DNA of 17,711 nucleotides from a virus. The notes below the pieces were generated by a model that ran no database searches, had not been told where the DNA came from, and saw only the letters and a program-made list of their open reading frames with translations. Below are positions 7,793 to 15,363 of this stretch, piece after piece. Made by a program: the position numbers and the translations under genes. The first letter of the stretch is position 1. Every line of letters begins with the position of its first letter. The stretch lies in the UHGV virus genome UHGV-0089979; one strand, given 5' to 3'.

Positions 7793-7816
7793 AAAAAAAG
7801 CCGGGAGTAACCCGGC
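7792..7816 (-). terminator. Rho-independent terminator oriented for leftward transcription (GCCGGG-agtaa-CCCGGC stem with T8 on the minus strand)
   Basis: Plus strand: A8 (7792-7799) then gccggg agtaa cccggc (7800-7816). Only the minus-strand orientation has the U tract. It abuts the Rha stop codon. Confidence 0.5.
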
Positions 7817-8015
7817 TCACTCAACATCAATAACGGGGAGCTGTTTCGCATAAAACGGTTCCGAAACATCCAAGAACAGTTCTAAAGATATCAGCAGCTA
7901 TATGATCATTTCAAGACCAAATATTGATTCTGCAATTTCGGGACGTTACACTGTTCAGGCACCTTATAAAGCGGGTGCCGGGATTTGCACCCCGGAATTG
8001 CATACGGCGATATAT

Positions 8016-8035
8016 GACGCGCCAGCGTCTTTTTT
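8016..8035 (+). terminator. Rho-independent terminator on the plus strand (GACGC-gcca-GCGTC followed by TTTTTT)
   Basis: Seen directly at 8016-8035; it lies inside the N-terminal part of track ORF 7902-8564, arguing that this part is non-coding. Confidence 0.5.
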
Positions 8036-8201
8036 ATCGTTCATGCTCGCGCACGCCAGAATTATGGTGGGCTGGGCAGGGGAGCCGAAAGGCTCGCCGG
8101 TTTCCGTATGCGCCGGTAGTGCAAACCCTGTTCAGTCCGCCACCAGCGAGATTTGCACCTCCGGTGGTGGAAGTTATCCATTGCATACGGAGGCTGCCAT
8201 C

Positions 8202-8564
8202 ATGGCTACAGTCCCAACTTCCCCATACCTGAAAATTGAAGTTGTCAACGGCAAGGCCGTTATTTTCTCCCTGCATGTTGCCTGCCACTTTAAGCGCATG
8301 CACCAGAACATCGTCGACAAAATCGAGTATCTGAACTGCTCACGCGAGTTTTTTACCCGCAATTTCATACCGGGTACTTATCACATCTACGGTGACTCCC
8401 TGCGTGGTTATTACATCACCCTTGATGGTCTGATGATGCTTCAGCTTGGGTTAAGTCTGCGCACAATGCGGTACTACGAGAGCTGCATTGAAGCATTCCA
8501 TGAGGCTGAGACCAACCTGAATCACACTGTTTTCCGTCGTAATCAATGGGAGGTGCGCCCATGA
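8202..8564 (+). CDS. Hypothetical phage protein (120 aa); possible regulatory or antirepressor-like N-terminal domain
   Basis: Track ORF 7902-8564 trimmed to the ATG at 8202, which is preceded by GGAGG at 8-nt spacing. The upstream part contains a terminator and repeats and has no ribosome-binding site. Function not confidently assigned. Confidence 0.45.
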   Translation: MATVPTSPYLKIEVVNGKAVIFSLHVACHFKRMHQNIVDKIEYLNCSREFFTRNFIPGTYHIYGDSLRGYYITLDGLMMLQLGLSLRTMRYYESCIEAFHEAETNLNHTVFRRNQWEVRP

Positions 8565-8785
8565 TTCGCCGCGTCGTTAATTCCCTGTATCACCGATACA
8601 ACCGTTGCCCCCGTGTGGGGCAGTGGTTTGCCACCAGCAACGGCCACGTTCTGCGGGTTTGCCTAGTCAACGCTGAAAGCCAGAAAGTCGTGTGCGAACT
8701 ACAGGGGCGTAGCTACACCATCAGTTACCCTATGGCGGTATTTCTGTCTGGAAAAATGTTTAAGCGTCTGGGAGGTGTGGCGTGA
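8561..8785 (+). CDS. Hypothetical protein (74 aa)
   Basis: ATG at 8561 preceded by GGGAGGTG and overlapping the upstream stop (ATGA). Confidence 0.45.
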   Translation: MIRRVVNSLYHRYNRCPRVGQWFATSNGHVLRVCLVNAESQKVVCELQGRSYTISYPMAVFLSGKMFKRLGGVA

Positions 8786-9081
8786 ACTGTTTTCAGTTTG
8801 TGTGCGGATGTGCTTTCGATAACCCGATTCAGCGCCTGATTATGTTGCGTGTTTTGATGTCGGGTTCTTCAGACGGTGAAGGCGAGAGAGTTATTGATCA
8901 TCAGGTGCTTGCTGATTTCTGCTGTTGTTCTAAGCAAGCGATATTCAGGGAAACCCTGGCACTGGAAAGAGCTGGTTATCTTCATATCCGAAAAATTGCA
9001 ACGCTTACTATTGATGCAAAAGCCAGACTACAACCTGCGCGTGGCTACACAATTCTCATGCCGCGGAAGGAGGTTGTATGA
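8782..9081 (+). CDS. Hypothetical protein (99 aa, GTG start), possibly DNA-binding
   Basis: GTG at 8782 preceded by GGAGGTG and overlapping the upstream stop; its own stop overlaps the start of the O-like gene. Cys-rich N-terminus. Confidence 0.4.
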   Translation: MNCFQFVCGCAFDNPIQRLIMLRVLMSGSSDGEGERVIDHQVLADFCCCSKQAIFRETLALERAGYLHIRKIATLTIDAKARLQPARGYTILMPRKEVV

Positions 9082-10055
9082 GCCGTTACGCCCCCACACC
9101 GGAAGTTATGGCTATTGGTCAAATTAATATTTCCGGCAATGTTACACCTGCGAACTGGTGGAAATATATTCGACTACCCAGTGGGCGTCCGGATGCGACG
9201 GCTATCGCTCTGCTTTCAGAGATCGTTTACTGGTACCGCCCGACAGAGGTCAGGGATGAGCACACCGGAGCGTTGCTGGGATATCGCAAGCGTTTTCAGG
9301 GCGACAAACTGCAAAGAAGCTACCAGGCGTTTGCTGAGCAGTTTGGTTTCGGGAAAAGGGAAACCGCAGATGCGCTGAAGCGTCTGCGCGATGCAGGGTT
9401 TATTACTCTGGATTTACGCACGGTGGAAATGCTCGATGGGGTGAAATGCAGCAATATTTTGTTTGTCGGGATCAACCCACAGGCAATTGCGGCCATCACC
9501 ACACCTTCTTCTGTTTCGCCAGAAAGTAACAGCAATAATGCAATCAGCGATACAGCTATTACGTTAAAACGGAACACCCCCCGACGTCATAACGGAACAG
9601 GGGATACGCCGAATGTTGATACAAATACAGAGATTACTACAGAGATTACAACGGAGACTAAAAACACTATTGATGCATCCGCTGACGCGTCTGCGCCAGC
9701 GCGTTCTGCCCGACAGGAATATTCACCGGAATTTGAACAGGCCTGGCAGGAATATCCCAAACGTGCTGGTGGCAATTCCAAGTCAGCAGCCTTCAAAGCC
9801 TGGAAAGCCCGTATCAGGGAGGGAATAAAACCGGAGACCATGCTTGATGGCGTGAAGCGGTATGCCGCCTGGGTACGTGCTACAGGAAATACCGGCACAC
9901 AGTTCGTGAAGCAGGCTGCGACGTTCTTTGGACCCGATCGTCACTTTGACGAATCCTGGCAACAGCCAGCAGCTCCCGGAGGTGGGCGGGGCAAAAGCCT
10001 CCCGATCTCGGGATTCAGTGAGCAGGACTACGGTTCAACGAACTTCAACTGGTGA
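9078..10055 (+). CDS. Replication initiation protein, lambda O-like N-terminal domain (325 aa)
   Basis: The N-terminal region (ALLSEIVYWYRP...FGFGKRETADALKRLRDAGFI) resembles phage replisome-organiser N-domains (from memory). Position directly upstream of the helicase loader and helicase. Central low-complexity linker contains DNA repeats. Confidence 0.7.
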   Translation: MSRYAPTPEVMAIGQINISGNVTPANWWKYIRLPSGRPDATAIALLSEIVYWYRPTEVRDEHTGALLGYRKRFQGDKLQRSYQAFAEQFGFGKRETADALKRLRDAGFITLDLRTVEMLDGVKCSNILFVGINPQAIAAITTPSSVSPESNSNNAISDTAITLKRNTPRRHNGTGDTPNVDTNTEITTEITTETKNTIDASADASAPARSARQEYSPEFEQAWQEYPKRAGGNSKSAAFKAWKARIREGIKPETMLDGVKRYAAWVRATGNTGTQFVKQAATFFGPDRHFDESWQQPAAPGGGRGKSLPISGFSEQDYGSTNFNW

Positions 10056-10074
10056 TTTTTCGAGGTGATGAACA

Positions 10075-10965
10075 ATGTTTGAACAGTTAAAAAAACACTA
10101 CGCACAACACGACAAAGCGCAATTGCTCAACCGCAGGGCGGAACTGGAGGAGGAGATGCAGTTTGCCCGTGCCGGGAAGCGCCCGTGGCGCTGTGAACAC
10201 TGGCTGACAAGCGAGGAAACTGCTGAGTGTGAGAAACACGGGAAATACGCACGTCTGGTGTTGAAAGGGCCTGATGTTCGTGGGGAAACCATCAAACGGG
10301 TTTCTGGTTGCCCGACCTGCATTGCGAATGAACTGGATCAGGTACAGGAGGCGTTACGCATCCTGAAAGTTCATGAATTACTCGACAGGGCTGGTATTGC
10401 CCGCCGCTTCCAGAACTGCGAGTTTGAGAATTATCAGGCGGTGAATGCTGACGCACAGAGAAATCTTGAGGCTTGTCGGCGCTATGCCGGCTCATGGGAG
10501 AAGTGTCTTGCTGCGGGTACCAGCATGATCATGATTGGCAATTGCGGTACCGGGAAAAATCACCTAGCTGTATCAATGGCAAAAAATATTATTCACCACC
10601 ACCTGGCGACTGTCGAAATTACGGATGTCATGCGACTGACCCGCGCTGTGAAAAATACCTGGCGTCACAATTCTGAACGCACTGAAGATGAAGTTATTGA
10701 CCATTTTGTATCGCTGGACCTGCTCATCATCGATGAGGTTGGTGTGCAGTTCGGTACGCCAACAGAGATAACCATCTTGCAGGAAATCATCAATGCACGT
10801 TACGAAAGCGTTTTACCGACAATTTTGATCAGCAATCTGACGTTTGACCAGCTTAAGGAGTCCATTGGTGAACGAATTGTGGATCGCGTTACTGATGGTG
10901 GGCGTAATTGCCTGGTGTTTGGTTGGGAAAGCTACCGTGTACATATCAGAGGTGTGGCAGCATGA
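10075..10965 (+). CDS. DnaC/IstB-like AAA+ helicase loader (296 aa)
   Basis: Walker A GNCGTGKNHLAVS and Walker B LLIIDEVG; N-terminal Cys cluster; immediately upstream of the DnaB-like helicase. Confidence 0.85.
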   Translation: MFEQLKKHYAQHDKAQLLNRRAELEEEMQFARAGKRPWRCEHWLTSEETAECEKHGKYARLVLKGPDVRGETIKRVSGCPTCIANELDQVQEALRILKVHELLDRAGIARRFQNCEFENYQAVNADAQRNLEACRRYAGSWEKCLAAGTSMIMIGNCGTGKNHLAVSMAKNIIHHHLATVEITDVMRLTRAVKNTWRHNSERTEDEVIDHFVSLDLLIIDEVGVQFGTPTEITILQEIINARYESVLPTILISNLTFDQLKESIGERIVDRVTDGGRNCLVFGWESYRVHIRGVAA

Positions 10966-12362
10966 CAAACCAGACAAATCCGGCGTGGCGTAATGATGAC
11001 CTGGAAGGCGCTGTCATTGGTGCGTTTTTTCTGCGAGGGGCAGATCATGAAGTGATGGATATTCTGGCCACGCTTCCGGCGGATGTCTTTTTCGTGCGTC
11101 AGTACAGGGATATTTACGCGGGGATTTGCAGACAGGCCCGCGTATCCGGCGTCATTGACCCCGTGCTGCTGTGCAATGAGATGCCGGAACTTGCCCCGGT
11201 GATTACAGACACCGGGCGTAAAACCTGGGTGAAGTCTTCACTGGAGCACTATGTTGCAGCCTTGCGTCGCAATGCCGCACTGCGTGATGCAGAAAAGACG
11301 CTGAATGAGGCGTTGCAGAAATTACGTGATGCGCATACCTGTGAAGCAGCTGAAGATGCCCTGAAGGATGCGCAGAAAATGATGGCCTCATTGTCGACGG
11401 AAAAGGGCGTTATTCAGCCTGTTCACATTGATGATGTACTTCCGGAAGTGGTCGACCGTGTTGAATGCCGGAATCAGGGACTGGAGAAATCCAGAACGCT
11501 GATGACCGGTATTGATGAACTGGACGCAAAAACAGGCGGCATGGAGCCCGGCGACCTGGTATTTATTGCGGCTCGTCCGTCAATGGGCAAAACCGAACTG
11601 GCGCTGGACATCATCGACAAGGTGACTGAGCAGGGGCATGGCGTGCTTCTGTTCACCATGGAGATGGCGAACATCCAGATTGGTGAACGTATGGTGTCTG
11701 CTGCCGGTGGAATGCCGGTATCCCGTCTTAAGTCTGTTGCCCGTTTTGAAGACGAAGACTGGGCACGCTTCTCACAGGGTGTGGGACGAATGACGGGGCG
11801 TAATATCTGGATGGTGGACCAGGCAAACCTGACCATTGATGAGATATGTGCAACCACGAAGCACCACCGGATGAAACATCCGGAAACGGCGCTGGTGGTG
11901 GTCGATTACCTCGGCCTGATTAAAACCCGCAGCACGGGGCGTCACGACCTTGCGGTGGGGGAAATCTCAAAGGGACTTAAAAGCCTGGCAAAATCCGGCG
12001 GTTTTCCGCTGATTGCTCTGAGCCAGCTCTCCCGCGGCGTGGAATCCAGACCCAATAAACGCCCCATGAACTCGGACCTGAAAAACTCCGGGGAAATCGA
12101 GGCGGATGCCGACATCATTCTGATGCTTTACAGGGATGAGGTATACAACCCGGAAACGCAGGCCGGAGGCATAGCAGAAATCAACATCACGAAACAGCGT
12201 AATGGCACGCTCGGGACCATTTACCGGCGTTTTCATAACGGACATTTTCTGCCTGTGGATCAGGAAAGCGCACAGATTCTTTCCACCCCAATGCAGCAGC
12301 CTCAGCCGCGCAGATACAGCAACAAACGAACTGACAGCAGTAAGATGGAGCGTTTCTTTTGA
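10962..12362 (+). CDS. Replicative DNA helicase, DnaB family (466 aa from the ATG at 10962)
   Basis: Walker A ARPSMGKTELAL, DnaB-like C-terminal motifs (ALSQLSRGVESR, ADADIILMLYRDEVY). The ATG at 10962 overlaps the upstream stop and follows GAGGTG; the track start at 10908 is less likely. Confidence 0.9.
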   Translation: MTNQTNPAWRNDDLEGAVIGAFFLRGADHEVMDILATLPADVFFVRQYRDIYAGICRQARVSGVIDPVLLCNEMPELAPVITDTGRKTWVKSSLEHYVAALRRNAALRDAEKTLNEALQKLRDAHTCEAAEDALKDAQKMMASLSTEKGVIQPVHIDDVLPEVVDRVECRNQGLEKSRTLMTGIDELDAKTGGMEPGDLVFIAARPSMGKTELALDIIDKVTEQGHGVLLFTMEMANIQIGERMVSAAGGMPVSRLKSVARFEDEDWARFSQGVGRMTGRNIWMVDQANLTIDEICATTKHHRMKHPETALVVVDYLGLIKTRSTGRHDLAVGEISKGLKSLAKSGGFPLIALSQLSRGVESRPNKRPMNSDLKNSGEIEADADIILMLYRDEVYNPETQAGGIAEINITKQRNGTLGTIYRRFHNGHFLPVDQESAQILSTPMQQPQPRRYSNKRTDSSKMERFF

Positions 12363-12373
12363 ACAACCAGACA

Positions 12374-12616
12374 ATGACTTTTACCCCTGAACAATTACGT
12401 AAACAGGCACAGGAAATGTTGCGACAGGCGGAACAACTGGAAAAAACAGGTGTAACAAAAGATGCCATTCGTCGGGATATGGTGCCAGCGCTCAGGGAAC
12501 TGATGCAGGCAAAACATCGCGCACAAAAAGCAGTGGATGAGCTGGTGGACTGTGTGGCAGAGCTGGAAACCAAAGTTGGAAAGTTTGAAAAACTGGTGCA
12601 GGAGGTACTGCGCTGA
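12374..12616 (+). CDS. Hypothetical small coiled-coil protein (80 aa)
   Basis: ATG at 12374 (the track start at 12359 is a TTG overlapping the helicase stop); its stop overlaps the Q-like start. Confidence 0.5.
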   Translation: MTFTPEQLRKQAQEMLRQAEQLEKTGVTKDAIRRDMVPALRELMQAKHRAQKAVDELVDCVAELETKVGKFEKLVQEVLR

Positions 12617-12963
12617 TGCGTGATATGTACGAAGTTTTAGATCGTTGGGGGGCTTGGGCTGCAGCAGAAAATAGTGGTGTCGACTGGCAGCCGATAGCGG
12701 CTGGTTTCAAGGGGCTTCTACCACACGGTAAAAAGTCACGTCTCCAGTGCGATGATGATGAAGGAATTATGATTGATGGATGTGTGGCCCGGTTGCGGAA
12801 ATATAAACCAGAAGAATATGAGCTGATCATTGCTCACTTTGTTATCGGGATTTCACTCCGTACAATCGCAAAGAAGCGGAAATGCTCGGATGGAACTATT
12901 AGAAAGGAGTTGCAAACTGCACTTGGATTTATTGATGGTATTATGTGTATTCTAAATAGATAA
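12616..12963 (+). CDS. Short antitermination protein Q-like (115 aa), resembling the DLP12 QuuD type
   Basis: MRDMYEVLDRWGAWAA...AAGFKGLL...CDDDEG..DGCVARL...SDGTIRKEL..GFIDG matches my recollection of the roughly 127-aa QuuD family; C-terminal HTH-like segment. Assignment from memory, not a search. Confidence 0.6.
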   Translation: MRDMYEVLDRWGAWAAAENSGVDWQPIAAGFKGLLPHGKKSRLQCDDDEGIMIDGCVARLRKYKPEEYELIIAHFVIGISLRTIAKKRKCSDGTIRKELQTALGFIDGIMCILNR

Positions 12964-12993
12964 AAACAGCCTTGGTCCAGATAATAAAACTTA

Positions 12994-13659
12994 TTATTTT
13001 CTGGACTTTGCTGTTCTCGCACTTTTGTCTTTAGGTGCAAATCCCAATATTACAGCGAAATGTCTTACTTTGTATGGTAATCCAGATTTAGGGTGTTTGT
13101 GGCTAGAGTAAAAGCTCAACTTTTCTCTTGTTTTGCAATCGGATAAATAAAAATCTTCAAAGTCATCTTTTTTAGAGGTTAATGTTTTTTTCCATTTCTC
13201 TACGACATCTAATGCATTGTTGCTTTTCACATAAATTATTAATCCTCCTTGACAATCATCTTCACTTCCTGTGGAGTAACGAGAGCATAATTGATGGAAT
13301 CCTTCCATTAAATAGTCGTATGAGCTATGAATTTTAGCCTCTCCAATCCATGTGTAGTTTTTGAAACTTACAACAATGTCTGAGTGCCCATTTATATAAT
13401 TATCATGACCAGAATCATATCCGAAGCCAATTAGTATATTAATTATTTCTATAGATAAACGGTCTTCTCCATCGTTTTGCATTAAGCTTGCATTTTTTTC
13501 AATCAATCTGATTGTTTTTTCTAAGTCAATATAAAACATTTCAATAAATTTATCGTATGAATTGCATGTAATTCTTCGATAAAGGCGTGCTGCGCTCTCA
13601 TCGAATGACGCTGCGAACTTCAGCGATTCTAACGTAAAATTATTCTGATTATCCATCAT
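12994..13659 (-). CDS. Cassette gene C: hypothetical protein (221 aa from the ATG at 13659) with a PD-(D/E)xK nuclease-like signature
   Basis: The ATG at 13659 overlaps the TGA of gene B (ATGA). Motif string GHSDIVVSF...TWIGEAKIH...HQLCSRY fits the D...ExK core. AT-rich coding sequence. Confidence 0.6.
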   Translation of the reverse strand: MMDNQNNFTLESLKFAASFDESAARLYRRITCNSYDKFIEMFYIDLEKTIRLIEKNASLMQNDGEDRLSIEIINILIGFGYDSGHDNYINGHSDIVVSFKNYTWIGEAKIHSSYDYLMEGFHQLCSRYSTGSEDDCQGGLIIYVKSNNALDVVEKWKKTLTSKKDDFEDFYLSDCKTREKLSFYSSHKHPKSGLPYKVRHFAVILGFAPKDKSARTAKSRK

Positions 13660-14048
13660 TCTAGGCCTTTCCAGAACTCTGATGCATAAAAGTAAATGTA
13701 AACTTTCGACTGCCAATTGAGGACTGGTTTGCCATCGAAATAGAATGTTCCTTCTGAATATATTTTGCTTAACTCATCTTGAGAGATTTCAAAAATGTCA
13801 TCACCATCAATATATTCGTATCCGATTGATAATATTGGTGCTTTTTCTCCAGATAGATAAGTAATTGCCTCGTAAAGGATACTTTGATCAACATTACTGA
13901 CTTTTTGCAAGTTATTGAATGTTATATATTTTAAATTATCCAGATCTTCATTAAGCAGGTAATGATAAATATTCATACATGCAAAACCAACTTTGCTGTC
14001 GGTAGCAAAAGAATGTTGTATGATATCTTTCATTTCCTGCTTATTCAT
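13656..14048 (-). CDS. Cassette gene B: hypothetical protein (130 aa)
   Basis: ATG at 14048 directly follows the TAA of gene A (TAAATG); AT-rich; no recognisable motif. Confidence 0.65.
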   Translation of the reverse strand: MNKQEMKDIIQHSFATDSKVGFACMNIYHYLLNEDLDNLKYITFNNLQKVSNVDQSILYEAITYLSGEKAPILSIGYEYIDGDDIFEISQDELSKIYSEGTFYFDGKPVLNWQSKVYIYFYASEFWKGLE

Positions 14049-15101
14049 TTAGAAAACCTTTGACATCAATAACTCATAATCTGATTTACAAACACACCCT
14101 TCGATTATAACATGATTTATAAATGGTAGCGAGGATGAAATTAAAGAAAAATGTCCGGGTACATGCATTGTTAAAATATTATTGTGTGCTCCATTCCATT
14201 GTTTAGAAATACTAAAGTTATTAGTTTTCCCTCCAATTGCCGCTAAGCCTGCGGCATGATATTTTTCCTTCCTTAAATCATCTTTTCTCTTTCTCATTTT
14301 TTCTTCTTTTACTGAGCCTGTTCCTGTGGCATGCCCAAGTTTTAAAATGGTACCATCGGCAGATTTGTAAAGTTTATCGATAGCAGTAAATATATTTTTT
14401 CTAATGAAGGCGACGTGATATGAATTCTCTTTATGGAAAAGGTACATTAATATTCTGCGATATCTTGTTGATGCGCGCTCCAATTCATTGTGGTTAAGAT
14501 TTGTACACATGTCGATTTCAAATGTTATTTCGCCGGAAACATAGTTAAAAGTAATTGTGTCAAAACATTGGATGTATCTATCTTTTATTCCAATTATTTC
14601 ATCAAAACAATTGAGTTCTTTTTGTGTTGCTGGGCTTAGTGTATTTGTTTCAATTGCACTTCTTTCTTTGAATGGACGAAGATAAGTTGTTGTAATAGTG
14701 ATCGAGTTACCATGTTGAGAGTGGGAGATGCAGACTGGTCTTAATTTTTTGACTTTTTTATGTGTTGCGCTATCTATTGGCAATGGGTAGGTGGCAATGT
14801 ATTCTTGATAATCTTTATCGTTGCTGTTAATCAGATTTAACAAGGTTTTTTTCAAGAGGATTGCGTCAGTGATATTATTCAGTTGAGCAAAAAATACGGC
14901 CCGATTGCTGTAATTCAATTGGCTGAGGTAAATCTCCTTGAGATTATTTATTATATCCTTTTCATTATTACTTGCATAATCAGATAGCAACTCTGTCCAC
15001 CCCCTAGCTGACTTCATATTAAAATACTTTAATTCGCCTTGAAGAAGCCTGAAAGAGATGTTTCTTGCCTGAAGACCAAACAGGTAGTCGTTCGCTTTCA
15101 C
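14049..15101 (-). CDS. Cassette gene A: hypothetical protein (350 aa, GTG start)
   Basis: First gene of the AT-rich leftward operon. The GTG at 15101 is preceded by AAAGG and an in-frame TAA two codons upstream; the first in-frame ATG is at residue 29. No family recognised. Confidence 0.65.
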   Translation of the reverse strand: MKANDYLFGLQARNISFRLLQGELKYFNMKSARGWTELLSDYASNNEKDIINNLKEIYLSQLNYSNRAVFFAQLNNITDAILLKKTLLNLINSNDKDYQEYIATYPLPIDSATHKKVKKLRPVCISHSQHGNSITITTTYLRPFKERSAIETNTLSPATQKELNCFDEIIGIKDRYIQCFDTITFNYVSGEITFEIDMCTNLNHNELERASTRYRRILMYLFHKENSYHVAFIRKNIFTAIDKLYKSADGTILKLGHATGTGSVKEEKMRKRKDDLRKEKYHAAGLAAIGGKTNNFSISKQWNGAHNNILTMHVPGHFSLISSSLPFINHVIIEGCVCKSDYELLMSKVF

Positions 15102-15140
15102 TAGTCGTTACCTTTTACCTTTAGAATTAGAGAAAAGTTA

Positions 15141-15169
15141 AATATACAAAAGAGCTAACGCGTACGCAA
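15141..15169 (-). promoter_or_regulatory. Candidate sigma-70 promoter for the leftward cassette (-35 TTGCGT, 17-nt spacer, -10 TATATT)
   Basis: On the minus strand TATATT lies at 15146-15141 and TTGCGT at 15169-15164 with 17 nt between; the -35 is weak. Confidence 0.3.
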
Positions 15170-15217
15170 AAGTTATTGTAATGTGTTAAGAGTGGTTACT
15201 TTGCCACACAGCTTAAA

Positions 15218-15240
15218 CCCGCGCTGAGCGGTTTTTTTTT
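15218..15240 (+). terminator. Terminator-like element on the plus strand (short GC stem CCGC-gctga-GCGG followed by nine T)
   Basis: Stem 15219-15222 pairs with 15228-15231, followed by T9 at 15232-15240. The stem is short, so strength is uncertain. Confidence 0.45.
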
Positions 15241-15363
15241 GTGCCCGGAAAGCGGCACAGAACATTAAACGCGCTGGTAGTTGTGAATACTGGTCTTTCA
15301 GCTTGCTGGCTTTTTGGACAAGAGTTATTGGTATGTCACGTTAACCGGAAAAGGGAAAAAGGC

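Noticed and set aside
7902-8201. N-terminal 100 codons of track ORF 7902-8564
   Set aside because: Contains a clean rho-independent terminator (8016-8035) and the composite repeats, has no ribosome-binding site at 7902 and a non-protein-like composition; the gene most likely starts at the ATG at 8202, which has a GGAGG ribosome-binding site.
7247-8368. Minus-strand ORFs 7247-7552, 8034-8303, 8174-8368 and plus-strand 7671-7853, 7924-8232
   Set aside because: Antisense to or overlapping the Rha and 8202 genes, or spanning the non-coding repeat/terminator region.
9115-10676. Shadow ORFs within the O-like and DnaC-like genes (9115-9378, 9320-9577, 9587-9898, 9613-9828, 10098-10322, 10292-10495, 10473-10676)
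   Set aside because: Each overlaps a strongly supported replication gene; no ribosome-binding sites noted; compositions are typical of out-of-frame or antisense reading.
11474-12573. Minus-strand ORFs 11474-11857, 11967-12374 and 12187-12573, and plus-strand 12202-12390
   Set aside because: Lie inside the DnaB-like helicase gene and the nin-like gene on the opposite strand or in alternative frames; Ser/Ala/Arg-rich translations typical of shadow frames.
14049-15101. Possible P-loop NTPase in cassette gene A (AAIGGKT)
   Set aside because: The sequence does not fit G-x4-GK[ST], lies near the C-terminus and has no accompanying Walker B motif; not called.
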